Program-made: the position numbers and the translations under genes
Source: Pseudomonadota bacterium
GTDB taxonomy: Bacteria > Desulfobacterota > Desulfobacteria > Desulfobacterales > RPRI01
Direction of reading: 5' to 3'
DNA length: 64,000 bases
Assembly (NCBI GenBank): GCA_043825875.1
Contig: JBDRRF010000110.1
Coordinates: forward strand, 1 to 64,000
In this document: one piece after another, positions 26,763 through 37,995 of the stretch
Layout of the letters: each line of letters begins with the position of its first letter
Numbering within the stretch: the stretch's first letter is position 1
The notes under the pieces: generated by a model
Told to the model about the DNA's origin: nothing
The model's database searches: none
Seen by the model: only the letters and a program-made list of their open reading frames with translations

Positions 26763-29000
26763 TCAGATTATTGGCAACTCAATAATAAACTTTGCTCCTT
26801 TAGGGTAATTATCCTGTACTCGAATAACGCCTTTATGATCTGAAATAATTGTATTTACGATAGCAAGCCCCAAACCTGATCCGGCTTTTTTGGTTGAAAA
26901 ATTGGGCTCAAAAATACGCGCCTTATCTTCTTCCGATATCCCTGCACCATCATCAGCAATTTCAATTTTGATTACTTTTGCTTCCTTATTATGCTCAAGT
27001 GAAATTGTAATATTCCCATGTTCTTTAATTGCGGTAACAGCATTATCGACCAAGTTTATCATTGCCTGTTTTATTTGTTGCCTGTCAAGGTTAAGCTGTG
27101 GAATGTTATCCGAAATTATTGTATCAAAAATTACATTTTGATGCCCTTCCCTATATAGTGCAACGGTTTCCTTGATTATAGGAGCCAAATCACAAAGAAT
27201 GGGATTTGCCGATGGAAATCTTGCAAAGGTTGAAAATGCATCTACAATATTTCTTATTAATTCTACATGGTCAATTATCATTTGTGTGCATTCTTCAAAT
27301 ATCGGCTCTTTCAATTGATCTGAATATTTACGCTGAAGTCTTTGGGCGGAAAGCTTTATAGGCGTTAGAGGATTTTTTACTTCATGCGCTATCCGGCGTG
27401 CAACCTCACGCCATGCAGCCATCCTCTGAATTTTTTCAAGCTCGGTTAAGTCATCAAAAACCATCACAATGCCCATATGCTGACCTGTATCATCTTTTAA
27501 GGCATTTACATTCATAAGAAAGCTACGGCGTCTTCCCCCTACAAAAAGATTTAAAGGAACTTCCAAAGCATTATCCTGTGCTACAGACAGATTTTCTTTT
27601 ATTTCTTCGGCTATATTAACATTTTGATCAGGTAACAAATCTTTATAGCTTTTGCCCAGAGTTTCATCCTGTTTAAGATTTAACATTTTTTCAGCTGATT
27701 TATTAATGGTAGTAACCATCCCCTTTGAATCGAGAGTAATAACACCAGTTGAAACATTTTTTAAGACGATTTCCATATATTGGCGTTTTTCTTCTATCTC
27801 GATGTTTTGCAGTTCAAGTTTTTTTGCGGAAAGCTCGAGCTGTTCTCTGCCATTTCTCAAGTCTTTTGTCATTTTATTAAATGAATCCACAAGACTTCCT
27901 ATTTCATCATCAGAAGCTACATCTAACGTAAAACCTAAGTCTCCTTCTGCAACACGCCTGGTACCTTCTACAAGTTCCATGATGGGAATCGTAATGGATT
28001 TAGCAAGATAAAATCCGAACCAGATAGCGCAAAAAAGCACAAGTAATGCTACTATGGATAGTAATATATAATATGAGATTTGAATGGGCTTTTTTAAAAG
28101 CTTTGTTTGCTGATATTCCTCAAAGCCAAGAGAAATAGACTTCATCTTCTTGGAAAGCCGATGAGAAAGTTTGTTTGACAATACGATATAGCATTTAGCT
28201 TCGGAAGGCTGAACTCCAAATGGAACGGTCCCTATAGTTCTGACAAGTTCTCTGTCTTCCACTATTTCAGTTATGGTTCTTACACCATTTGGGGGTATAT
28301 CCTTTTTAAAGTTATCCGGATCAAGAACTCTCAATGGTATATCCTCCATGCCAAGCGGAAGGATAAAAGTCATACGTTTAAAATTGCTGCCATAAAGTTC
28401 TATTGCCTGGATATTGAATGACCTCTGCACAACCTGTAGATAGTGAAAAAGTGATTTTTTCTTGGCAGGATCCAGTAAGTTTTTATTATTAATCTGGTAT
28501 GCGATTCTTTCTATATAAAATCTGTTATTTTCCTGAACCTGCCCATAATAGTATCTTCCAACATCCAGTGAATGATCAAGGGCCTGTTCAATGGGAACTT
28601 TAAACCAGAATTCAGTGCTTGTTGTTATAAAACTTATGGAAAAAAAGAATAAAATTATTGTTGGTAAAAGAGTTAGAGCGCCAAAAGCTATGACGAGTTT
28701 CGTGCGAAGCTTCGCGCCGATGGCGTTTTTCTTTCTATCATAAAGAAGCTTGAACAGATTTCTGAATACCAGAAAAATCAGCAGAATAAGTAATAACAAA
28801 TTAACGTTGATCAGAATAAACATCAAAACGGTATTTGATACCGGAATCCCTGCTCCAAATTTAATTATTCTGGTTTCAAGAAATGTTAAAAGGGCGACAA
28901 CAAATATAATTGCAATAATTATAATGCCTTCTCTTTTACGTCTCGAACGTTCCTGTGAGGAATTAGTCTGTGGCGGGACTATTGATGAATTATTATCCAT
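26763..29000 (-). CDS. ntrY: NtrY-type HAMP/PAS histidine kinase
   Basis: AAWREVARRIAHEVKNPLTPI H-box; TM, HAMP and PAS regions; GSGLGL. Confidence 0.88.
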   Translation of the reverse strand: MDNNSSIVPPQTNSSQERSRRKREGIIIIAIIFVVALLTFLETRIIKFGAGIPVSNTVLMFILINVNLLLLILLIFLVFRNLFKLLYDRKKNAIGAKLRTKLVIAFGALTLLPTIILFFFSISFITTSTEFWFKVPIEQALDHSLDVGRYYYGQVQENNRFYIERIAYQINNKNLLDPAKKKSLFHYLQVVQRSFNIQAIELYGSNFKRMTFILPLGMEDIPLRVLDPDNFKKDIPPNGVRTITEIVEDRELVRTIGTVPFGVQPSEAKCYIVLSNKLSHRLSKKMKSISLGFEEYQQTKLLKKPIQISYYILLSIVALLVLFCAIWFGFYLAKSITIPIMELVEGTRRVAEGDLGFTLDVASDDEIGSLVDSFNKMTKDLRNGREQLELSAKKLELQNIEIEEKRQYMEIVLKNVSTGVITLDSKGMVTTINKSAEKMLNLKQDETLGKSYKDLLPDQNVNIAEEIKENLSVAQDNALEVPLNLFVGGRRRSFLMNVNALKDDTGQHMGIVMVFDDLTELEKIQRMAAWREVARRIAHEVKNPLTPIKLSAQRLQRKYSDQLKEPIFEECTQMIIDHVELIRNIVDAFSTFARFPSANPILCDLAPIIKETVALYREGHQNVIFDTIISDNIPQLNLDRQQIKQAMINLVDNAVTAIKEHGNITISLEHNKEAKVIKIEIADDGAGISEEDKARIFEPNFSTKKAGSGLGLAIVNTIISDHKGVIRVQDNYPKGAKFIIELPII

Positions 29001-29030
29001 ATTAGTTTTAAAATATTATGAATGTATTAA

Positions 29031-29600
29031 TTAATAGACAAAATCTATTTGATACAAATCAGTTTCAAAATCCCATAATGAAACGAAAACAAATATATAA
29101 TGTAGATAAAAAGGCAGGGTGAATTTGCTTACTTCTGCTTTTGCTTCAATGTGGTAACGGGCATTTTTTTCCAGTTGATCCAAGTCAACTATTTTCAATC
29201 CTTCAATCTGGGTCATAAGTTCCTGTGCTTCTTTGAATGACTCTGTTTTATCCGGACCTGTGCTCTTCCAGGACCTTGATATTGTATATGTATTTTTCAG
29301 ATTATCGTATTTTATTGTATTAGTTAACAATATTTCTGTAATTTTATTATTGAAAAACAGATCGTTATCTTTATAAAGTTTGACATAAAAAGTAAAAGAA
29401 GTGGCTATACCACTTGTAATCGCCTTTTTCATGTCTTCTGTAAAAGCACCATCCAGATGCATCTTGAAAAGAAGCTCTTTATTATGTCTGGTAATTGCAA
29501 TATTAGTAAGCTTTACTACCTGAGCAAAGGATGTTTGAGGTATGACAATTAAAAAGCAAAGTAAAAACAAGTAAATTTTATGTTTTCTTAGTGTTGGCAT
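29031..29600 (-). CDS. DUF4390-like exported protein
   Basis: Signal peptide; C-terminal LPFYLHY..SLWDFET; position upstream of ntrY. Confidence 0.7.
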   Translation of the reverse strand: MPTLRKHKIYLFLLCFLIVIPQTSFAQVVKLTNIAITRHNKELLFKMHLDGAFTEDMKKAITSGIATSFTFYVKLYKDNDLFFNNKITEILLTNTIKYDNLKNTYTISRSWKSTGPDKTESFKEAQELMTQIEGLKIVDLDQLEKNARYHIEAKAEVSKFTLPFYLHYIFVFVSLWDFETDLYQIDFVY

Positions 29601-29699
29601 ATCAATATTTATCTTTTTGCAGTATCAAATTTATTATTATAATAATAAATATGTAGTCTTATTTATCTTAATGTTGTTTCTGTATAAATTAAGCAGCTG

Positions 29700-30566
29700 T
29701 CACGAAATAGTTCTGGTCTCCCAGGATTCTTTACTGGAAAAAAACATTTCAATAAAAGCATGATTAAACGCATGGCCGGATTTATTAAGCTTAAAATGCC
29801 CCATCACAGGTAAACCAAGGAGTGAAAAATCACCTATTGAATCTAAAGTTTTATGTCTTACAAACTCGTCAGGAAAGCGCAGGCCATCATTGTTTAAAAT
29901 GGTATTTTTATCAATCACAACCGCATTATCAAGAGAACCGCCTTTAGCGAAACCGTACTGCTTGAGATATTCTATCTCATGCAAAAAACCAAAAGTCCTT
30001 GCAGCAGATATTTCTTTCTCAAATATTTCATCGCTGATGCTTGAGGAAAAAGTTTGTTTTTTAATAACAGGATGATCAAACTCAATATCGCAGGTGATTT
30101 TAAAATCAGATGAAGGATATACCCCAACGGATTTTCCGTCTTTGTTAAGCTCGATGGGTTCAGTAACAACAAAATAATATCTTGGACTGTTTTGTGCAAT
30201 TATCCCGGCTTCTTTCAACATACGCGTAAAAGGTGCAGCACTTCCATCCATTATCGGCATTTCATAAGAATCGAGCTCAACTATTACATTATCAATTGAA
30301 AGGCCGGCAAAAGCAGCCATAATATGTTCGATGGTAGATACTATAAAACCGTTGTGACCTATTACCGTAGCAAGGCTTGTATCGACAACCATACTGAAGC
30401 GTGCAGGTATACTGGGTTTATCCAAAAGATCGGTTCTAACAAACTTTATACCATAATTATCCGGTGCAGGTTTGATACTAAGATTTACTTTTTTCCCCGA
30501 ATGAACGCCGATCCCTGAACAACAAACCGTCTTTTTAATAGTTCTTTGGTTAAAATAACAAGCCAT
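29700..30566 (-). CDS. lpxC: UDP-3-O-acyl-GlcNAc deacetylase
   Basis: QRTI..GIGVHSG, TIEH, PIMDGSA, ARTFGF, HKTLDSIGD, GH. Confidence 0.95.
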   Translation of the reverse strand: MACYFNQRTIKKTVCCSGIGVHSGKKVNLSIKPAPDNYGIKFVRTDLLDKPSIPARFSMVVDTSLATVIGHNGFIVSTIEHIMAAFAGLSIDNVIVELDSYEMPIMDGSAAPFTRMLKEAGIIAQNSPRYYFVVTEPIELNKDGKSVGVYPSSDFKITCDIEFDHPVIKKQTFSSSISDEIFEKEISAARTFGFLHEIEYLKQYGFAKGGSLDNAVVIDKNTILNNDGLRFPDEFVRHKTLDSIGDFSLLGLPVMGHFKLNKSGHAFNHAFIEMFFSSKESWETRTIS

Positions 30567-30835
30567 TATAATTTATAATATATAAATTCTATTATTGGTA
30601 AAATTGATGAGCATATAAAACAAATAACATATTAAATAACAAATAGTTATTATCTAATTCCCAAACAGATGGTTGCAGTATAGCTTATATAGGCTAAGGA
30701 TGCAACTATATCTTATCTTGAAATTAACTTATCTTAACTGTTTTCAGATTGTCAACAAATTCTTGATGTTAATAATAATATCATATATATATGCAAACTA
30801 CAGTGCATATGTTATTATTATGAGAAGGAGGAGAC

Positions 30836-32365
30836 ATGCTTGCTAGGATTTTAAGCAGTGCTGTTATAGGTATTGATGCTTATCTTGTGGAAGTGGAAGT
30901 TGATATTGCCAAGGGGCTTCCTTCATTTACTACGGTAGGACTTCCGGAAGCAGCGGTCAAGGAAAGTCGGGAACGTGTTAAATCTGCTATTACAAATTCC
31001 GGTTATTTTTTCCCTGATGACAGGATAACCGTTAACCTTGCACCTGCCAATATAAAGAAAGAAGGAACCGGATTTGATCTGCCTATTGCAATAGGGATTC
31101 TTACCGCAACCGGGCTTATTATGCAAAAAAAGCTTGCGGAATATTTTGTACTCGGCGAACTTTCTTTAGATGGACGTATAAAACCTGTAAACGGATCTCT
31201 TCCCATGGCCCTTGCCGCAAAAGCTGCCGGCTATAAAGGCATTATAGTTCCTTTTGATAACGGAAAGGAAGCTTCAGTTGTTAATGGAATCTCGGTTTTT
31301 CCGGTCAAAACACTGTCTCAGGTTGTTGATTTTTTTCGCGGCACAGAAAATCTTGAGGCGGCAAAAACCGATATAAGCCTGCAATTTGACAAAAACAGCG
31401 AATTTGAAGTAGATTTTTCAGAAGTAAAAGGACAGGAACACGCAAAACGGGCACTTGAAGTTGCTGCAGCCGGAGGCCATAATATTATAATGATAGGTCC
31501 GCCAGGTTCGGGAAAGACCATGCTGGCCAAAAGGCTCCCTTCAATTTTACCCCCCATATCTTTTGATGAAGCATTGGAAACAACAAAAATATACAGCGTT
31601 GTCGGCATGCTTGAAAAGGGAAATGCTATGATAGTAAAAAGGCCTTTCCGATCTCCTCATCATACAATTTCAGATGCAGGTCTAATTGGAGGAGGTCATG
31701 TGCCAAGACCAGGGGAAGTAAGTCTCGCACATAATGGAGTTCTTTTTTTAGACGAGCTTTCAGAATTTAAAAAACATGTGCTTGAAGTACTTCGCCAGCC
31801 GCTTGAAGACATGAAGGTTACTATCTCCAGGGCATTATCATCAATAACATATCCTGCAAGCTTTATGCTTGTATCAGCCATGAATCCATGCCCATGCGGT
31901 TTTTTTTCCGATCCCAAGCATGAATGCCGATGTTCATATCAGCAAATACACAGATACAGATCAAAGATATCAGGGCCTTTAATGGATAGAATTGATATTC
32001 ATGTTGAGGTTCCGGCAGTAGCATACAGAGATCTTATGACAGATTCTACTTCCGAATATTCGAAAGATATAAAAAAGCGTGTTTCCAAGGCACGGTTTGT
32101 TCAGGCCGAAAGGTTTGCCAGAGCCAAAATATACTGCAATGCTCAAATGAACAGCCGGCATATTAAAAAATACTGTAAAATTGATGACGCTGCGTGCGCT
32201 CTTATCGAATCTGCCATTGATAAACTCGGGCTTTCCGCAAGAGCTTTTAACCGAATCTTAAAAATTGCCAGAACAATAGCTGATCTTGCAGGAAATAACG
32301 ATATTAAAGTTGATCATGTTTCAGAAGCCATTCAATACCGCAATCTTGACAGAGCAAAACTGTAA
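30836..32365 (+). CDS. comM: YifB/ComM Mg-chelatase-like AAA+ ATPase
   Basis: VGLPEAAVKES, NLAPA, GPPGSGKTM, PGEVSLAHNGVLFLDE, MNPCPCG. Confidence 0.92.
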   Translation: MLARILSSAVIGIDAYLVEVEVDIAKGLPSFTTVGLPEAAVKESRERVKSAITNSGYFFPDDRITVNLAPANIKKEGTGFDLPIAIGILTATGLIMQKKLAEYFVLGELSLDGRIKPVNGSLPMALAAKAAGYKGIIVPFDNGKEASVVNGISVFPVKTLSQVVDFFRGTENLEAAKTDISLQFDKNSEFEVDFSEVKGQEHAKRALEVAAAGGHNIIMIGPPGSGKTMLAKRLPSILPPISFDEALETTKIYSVVGMLEKGNAMIVKRPFRSPHHTISDAGLIGGGHVPRPGEVSLAHNGVLFLDELSEFKKHVLEVLRQPLEDMKVTISRALSSITYPASFMLVSAMNPCPCGFFSDPKHECRCSYQQIHRYRSKISGPLMDRIDIHVEVPAVAYRDLMTDSTSEYSKDIKKRVSKARFVQAERFARAKIYCNAQMNSRHIKKYCKIDDAACALIESAIDKLGLSARAFNRILKIARTIADLAGNNDIKVDHVSEAIQYRNLDRAKL

Positions 32366-32402
32366 CTGGCTATCTAAAGAAAATAAAAGGAAAAGATAAA
32401 TT

Positions 32403-35072
32403 ATGATAACTCAGAAATCTTTTTTCACCTTTATTCTTTTTTTGGGGATGATCATTTTTCCTGTAGCTATAGCTCAAGGCATAGATTTACAGATAAGTAC
32501 TGCTACACATCATGGGAAAGACCTCTCAACCTCTGTCAAACCAGATACAGCGCTTGAACCAAAACTTCTATTTAATGCCGTTCATGAAAACTCTTTGGAA
32601 AAAGTGCAGTCGCTTATTTCCAGTGGCGTAGACTTAAAAGTCAAAAATGATCAGGACGAAAGCCCACTTATGGTGGCATTAAGACTTAAAGAAGAAGAAA
32701 TTGCCCGCCTGCTTATAGAGAAAGGAGCACTTCTCAATGTAGCCGATTCAGATGGCTGGACACCTTTAATGATAGCCTTGAAAAATAAAAGTACTGACTG
32801 TGCCGGGTTGATGATTGAAAAAGGCGCGGAAATTAATGTTCTGAATAAAAGCGGCTGGAGCCCCTTGATGTTATCTATTAAATACAGCTCTCCTGAAAAT
32901 TCATTACTGTTGATTAAAAAAGGAGCAGAACTTCAGATTAAAACACAAGATGGCGAATCACCGCTGTTGCTTTCAGCCGTGGCAGGAGACGTTGGTGTAC
33001 TTGCAATAATCATGAACAAAGTAAAAATGGCAGATGAAAGAGATAAGAATGGCAATACTTTACTACATCTTGCAGCCGAACATGGAAAAACTGAAGCTGT
33101 GGATCTATTATTAAAGCACAAAGTCAATTTGGAGGAAACTAACCACGAAGGTTTGACGCCTCTTTTGTCAGCATTGGCATCAGGCCAAACGGAAGCAGCG
33201 TCATTTTTACTCAGCAAAGGAGCAACACACACAGCCATTGCCAATGGCAACAGCTCACTTCATTATGCCGCCAATAGCGGAAACAAAGAGTGTGTATCTC
33301 TATTATTGCCGGGTGACCTTCCGGTTAATATACAAAACTTTGCCAAAGAAACCCCGCTCCATAATGCAGGCAGCAGTGAAGTTGCAGAATACTTATTGAC
33401 ACAGGGTGCAGATCTCAATGCATCTACAAATGATGGAATAACACCATTGCACACAGCAGCCTGCAATGGCCGGCAAGATGTCATTGATCTTTTAGTCGAT
33501 AGAAGTGCAGATATCAATGCTATGGCAACCAGCAACGGTATAGAAGAGATAACTCCTTTATACATGGCCATTGCAAACAATCAATCCGAAGCTGCAATCA
33601 GGCTAATTGAAAGAGGGGCAAACTGGAAGACGGAAAGAAAAGATGGTATGCATCTTTTTATCCTGGCAGCAAGCAAAGACCTGCAAGACATCGTCAAACT
33701 GATGCTGGCCAAAGGTCAAAACGTCAATTATCGCAATAAAGAGGGACAGTCAGCCATTCACTATGCAGCCAGCAAAGCCATGCTGGAATTCCTGATAGCT
33801 AATGGAGCCCGCCTAAATTCTTTGGACCTGAATAATGCTTCAGCCCTTCATTTTGCTGCGGCTGACGGAAGGCTTGAGGTAGTACAAGCATTGCTTGATA
33901 AAAATATCGAAATTATGCAGAAAACAAAACAAGGTTATACCCCCTTGCATTTTGTTAATGACCCGCAAACGGCAAAGTTTCTCATAGCAAATGGAGCTAA
34001 ACTTTATGTCAAGGATCATAACGGAATGACTCCCATTGAGTTTGCCCGTTATTTTGGCAAGTCAAAAGATGTGGTATCGTTTTTAACGGAAATGGAACAA
34101 AAGCAGGATGAAAGCATCTGTGCCATATCCGAAAATAAACATCAGACAATTCGTTTGGCCTATAACAACAATATTATGGATTCTGTTATATCAGATGTGG
34201 CAGATGATAATTTTCGTAGCGCTTTTACTATGATGGCCAGTCCGGACATTTCCGGAAATGCTTCTATGGCTGTGAGACTTATGCACTCTGCTGCAAATAC
34301 CGGTTGCCCTGAAGCTTGCTACTGTATGGGCGAATGGACTAAAACAGGGAAAGGAATAGCGGCAGATGAAGACCAGGCAATACTCTGGTACCGTAAAGCC
34401 GCAGAAATGGGAATGGCCACCGCCCAGTTCTGGTTAGGTAATCATCTTATAAAAGATTCACCAAATTCTAAATCCTATATCCCAAATTGGCACAAATTTT
34501 TTATATTTAGTACCGCAGATGATTATTATTCAGAAGCTTATATCTGGCTAAGCGCCGCTGCCGCTCAAGGGCATTATGGTGCGAAAAGGATTCTCGACGA
34601 TATTAGCAACTCCATGTCAGGAGCAGGAAGCATTGAGTGGGAAAAAAAAGCTGCTGCACAAAATGGTCAGCGTTGGGGGTTTAACTGTGCTATTGGCAAA
34701 GCAACAGTTGAAGTTAAACCTCCTTTGATACTTTTTTATGAAAGTGGCGGTGCAACAGACGTAAATGAATCTGACTATGGAATGCGTTTTTCAAAAGACA
34801 GCACCCGGTATGTTATATGGCATATGGAAATCAGCCACTCCAGGATTGTTAAAGACATCGAATTGCCCATAACCATTGTCTGGTATGATACTAATGGTTC
34901 TATCTTCAGCAAACAACAGCATAAACTACTGCTAACCGCAGGTGCTGAAAGCACTCAAAATGATTATGGTTGCGGTTTTGGTGAACCTGGAAAATGGGAT
35001 GTCGGCTCATATACAGTGGATTTTTTTGTAGGGAAAATGAAAATTGCAAAAGTATTTTTTGTTATAGATTGA
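32403..35072 (+). CDS. Secreted ankyrin-repeat and SEL1-repeat protein with a C-terminal beta domain
   Basis: Signal peptide; many G-TPLH-AA ankyrin repeats; WYRKAAEMG and WLSAAAAQG SEL1 motifs. Confidence 0.85.
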   Translation: MITQKSFFTFILFLGMIIFPVAIAQGIDLQISTATHHGKDLSTSVKPDTALEPKLLFNAVHENSLEKVQSLISSGVDLKVKNDQDESPLMVALRLKEEEIARLLIEKGALLNVADSDGWTPLMIALKNKSTDCAGLMIEKGAEINVLNKSGWSPLMLSIKYSSPENSLLLIKKGAELQIKTQDGESPLLLSAVAGDVGVLAIIMNKVKMADERDKNGNTLLHLAAEHGKTEAVDLLLKHKVNLEETNHEGLTPLLSALASGQTEAASFLLSKGATHTAIANGNSSLHYAANSGNKECVSLLLPGDLPVNIQNFAKETPLHNAGSSEVAEYLLTQGADLNASTNDGITPLHTAACNGRQDVIDLLVDRSADINAMATSNGIEEITPLYMAIANNQSEAAIRLIERGANWKTERKDGMHLFILAASKDLQDIVKLMLAKGQNVNYRNKEGQSAIHYAASKAMLEFLIANGARLNSLDLNNASALHFAAADGRLEVVQALLDKNIEIMQKTKQGYTPLHFVNDPQTAKFLIANGAKLYVKDHNGMTPIEFARYFGKSKDVVSFLTEMEQKQDESICAISENKHQTIRLAYNNNIMDSVISDVADDNFRSAFTMMASPDISGNASMAVRLMHSAANTGCPEACYCMGEWTKTGKGIAADEDQAILWYRKAAEMGMATAQFWLGNHLIKDSPNSKSYIPNWHKFFIFSTADDYYSEAYIWLSAAAAQGHYGAKRILDDISNSMSGAGSIEWEKKAAAQNGQRWGFNCAIGKATVEVKPPLILFYESGGATDVNESDYGMRFSKDSTRYVIWHMEISHSRIVKDIELPITIVWYDTNGSIFSKQQHKLLLTAGAESTQNDYGCGFGEPGKWDVGSYTVDFFVGKMKIAKVFFVID

Positions 35073-36433
35073 GACCTTTGCATAACTCCTTATAATTTCC
35101 CGATTCATTCATAATTTCTTATTTGCTAAAACATGGTAAGAGTTAATAAAAATTACTACTTTAATACTCTTTTTTACTTGATTTTTGCCTTTCTTGTCTA
35201 TAATATATCCTCATTAATATCTATTTGTTAGGATGGAATAATGGGCTTTAAAAAGATAGATTCCACAATCACTTTTGCTGAAATGTCTCTCTCTTCTTCT
35301 ATGAAAAAAACCGAAGTCTAAATACCCTTATGCATATGAATACTGTTATTGGATGGAACAAAATTAAAACCCTTATATTAGAATATTACAAAATAGGCAA
35401 AAGTGATGAAGGTGCTGATGCATATCCTCCCTTGATGCTGTTTAAAGCTCTTCTACTGCAAAAATGGTTCAGGGTTCCTTCCGATCCGGAACTTGAAAGC
35501 CAAATTAATGATCGGATATCGTTTAAAAAGTTCCTTAATCTGCCCTTTCATATGCCCTCTCCTGACCATTCAACATTTTCCAGGTTTCGGGACAGATTAT
35601 CAGAAACAGCCATGACAAGGATTAACAGCGAACTTCTGAAACAGTTCGAAAAAGAAGGTTTAAACATAAACGAAGGTATTGCCGTAGATGCCCGCCTCGT
35701 TAAATCCGCCTCCCATCCTATCAGCAACAATGATATTAAAACACATCGTGATATAGAGTCAGACTGGACAATCAAGAATGATATTCCTCACTATGGGCTT
35801 AAAGAACACGCTTCTGTTGATATTAACAGCGGTTTCTGGCTACAGTCATTACTCCGGCTTCCCACAACGATTCTCCATACCTGCCAAAGTTTACGGTTTA
35901 TAGCCTTCATACCAAACAAAAACTTGAAACTGTTTATGCTGATAAAGGCTATTTTGGAGAACCAAACCGTAACTTTTTGAGCCTGAATGATTTCCGGGAT
36001 GGTATCATGAGAAAGGATACACCCACAGCAAAATTGACCAAATATGAAATAAACCGGAATAAAAAGATTTCTAAAAAACGTTATATAGTTGAGCAATATT
36101 TTGGATTGAGTCATCTTCATGATAGAGCAAAACGGGCAAGGTTTACCACTATAGTTAAAAATACTATCGACGTTATGTTGCGGCAGTTTTGCTTTTAATT
36201 TCAAAAGAGGGCAAAAGCTCGTATGTGCTACATAATAAGCAGGATAGGTGCGCCCGGAGTTTAATATCCGGGGGTTAGTTCTGAAACAGGGCTTAAAAAT
36301 GGCTTTGAATACACATAAATTGACTACTTTTTCCATAAAAAATAATCCAATTTGCTAACTGACGGTTTCAACATTGTAAAAAAATTTATTAAAAACCCTT
36401 TTATTAAAAAAATGCCCTTAATTCAAACCTCTC
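35071..36433 (+). mobile_element. IS5-family element with frameshifted transposase (~35241-36198)
   Basis: YPPLMLFKALLLQKWF..SDPELE..PDHSTFSRFR, AVDARLV, YADKGY, RYIVEQYFG spread across frames; imperfect TIRs GAGACCTTTGCAT / ATTCAAACCTCTC. Confidence 0.8.
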
Positions 36434-36485
36434 AAAGAACAAAATCTATTGCATTTGTATGCAAAAACCTAACCGGAAATTACTG
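36433..36485 (+). mobile_element. Solo 3' end of an IS4-family element related to 48414-49731
   Basis: CAAAGAACAAAATCTATTGCATTTGTATGCAAAAACCTAACCGGAAATTACTG matches the transposase 3' end and TIR of the full copy. Confidence 0.75.
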
Positions 36486-36627
36486 AAAAAAAACTGTACT
36501 TAGGATAATATAATCTATGATATTAATTATTTATAAATATATGGTTATTAGCTTAAGCTTCAAAAAAAGATAGCTCACGATAAATCGATCAATCACTGGC
36601 AGCAAAGGTTCTTAAGTAGTAGTGACT

Positions 36628-37437
36628 TTATGGTACAGATGGGCTTGTATTGTTGTTTTGTAATTGCAACATTCTTGCTCTTACTCTTGGAGATATATAA
36701 GGGGTTGTTGTTGTTTTTATTGCTGCATTCTGTGTCATGTTAACATCTGATGCGGAAGGTTGAACTGTTAGAGGATATTTCCTGCCGGCAGAAGATGTTC
36801 CCCGCATGGACGGCATTTCATCCGGACTTTTTGAGTTTTGCGGAAAAGCCGCGCCCATGGGGTTAGCTGTTGGCATAATACCTGACAGAACTTTGATAGC
36901 ACCGGATCCCTGCGTTTCTCTTGTTTTTGGTTTTCTGGAATCCATAAGATTGACAGTCAATTTATCTTCTCCTTTGACCAGCACAATTTTATTCTCTTTT
37001 ATATCAGTAAGAGTATAGCCGCCTATTACACTTCCCTTTTTAAGAACCAGCTGCCTTTTTCCTCTTCCCGGTGTCGTGTATGATGACTTCTTATCTTCTA
37101 CATAAGCATAGCTGTCACTATCGGTAATAAGTGTTCCGTAAAGAACAATCTCTGTTGGAGAATCAGGTTCGGAAACAATATTTTCTACAGGTATAATTCT
37201 ATCCGGATGAAAAAGATTTTGCTCTGCTATAACGATAAATTCGGAAAGTGGAGAGCTCTGCTCTGCTACCGGGTTTTGAACTTCTGTTATTACTGCATCC
37301 GGACTTTTTGGCAATGAAAATTTAGTGCTTTCATCCAATACAGGCAAAACTGCATACTTTACAAGAAAGATAATGGCAATAATAAGAGAAATATTAAGAA
37401 GATTTATACTTTTTACAATATATTTGAAAAATTGCAT
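36628..37437 (-). CDS. T2SS GspC/GspN-like protein
   Basis: Single N-terminal TM, NLFHPDR, LYGT; last gene of the gsp cluster. Confidence 0.55.
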   Translation of the reverse strand: MQFFKYIVKSINLLNISLIIAIIFLVKYAVLPVLDESTKFSLPKSPDAVITEVQNPVAEQSSPLSEFIVIAEQNLFHPDRIIPVENIVSEPDSPTEIVLYGTLITDSDSYAYVEDKKSSYTTPGRGKRQLVLKKGSVIGGYTLTDIKENKIVLVKGEDKLTVNLMDSRKPKTRETQGSGAIKVLSGIMPTANPMGAAFPQNSKSPDEMPSMRGTSSAGRKYPLTVQPSASDVNMTQNAAIKTTTTPYISPRVRARMLQLQNNNTSPSVP

Positions 37438-37440
37438 ATT

Positions 37441-37995
37441 TTACTTTGCGGCCGTAATAGCCGACACCTTTAATTTTACTATAAGTTCTTTTGGAACCCG
37501 ATAATTTTTCACTCTTGCGTCAAACTCTCTTATAATAAGATATGGTGTTTGCGTCTCTATAGCATAAATAGTATCGCTCAGCGCCCTTGTGTCAGGCATC
37601 GACATATCGATAGCGATGTTAATCATTCTAAAATTGTTATATTCATCAGGTCTTTCAACCCGCAAACTGTATATGGTGCCACTCCTGGCAGTAATTATTC
37701 CCTTAATGGTATTCTGTAACGATGCTGCGGCAAGGGCAATAGTTTGTCCCTCTATAATTTTACTGTTATCTACTTGTCTTATTTCTTTTAAGCGAATGAG
37801 GCTTTTTTCCAGTTGTGGTTTTTGTGCAACCATAGCCATATATTTTTTGAGACTTTTTAACTTGAATGCTTTTGTTTCTTCAATTGAAGCCTGTTCATTC
37901 TTGAGCTTTAAGAAACCGTATTCATAAAAAACAAGGCATAAAAGGATTAAAGTAAAAGGCAGAGTAATAGCTAAAAATTTTCTGTTTTGTTTCAC
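37441..37995 (-). CDS. gspM: T2SS protein M (PilO-like)
   Basis: TM, coiled coil and AAASLQ motif; operon position. Confidence 0.7.
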   Translation of the reverse strand: MKQNRKFLAITLPFTLILLCLVFYEYGFLKLKNEQASIEETKAFKLKSLKKYMAMVAQKPQLEKSLIRLKEIRQVDNSKIIEGQTIALAAASLQNTIKGIITARSGTIYSLRVERPDEYNNFRMINIAIDMSMPDTRALSDTIYAIETQTPYLIIREFDARVKNYRVPKELIVKLKVSAITAAK

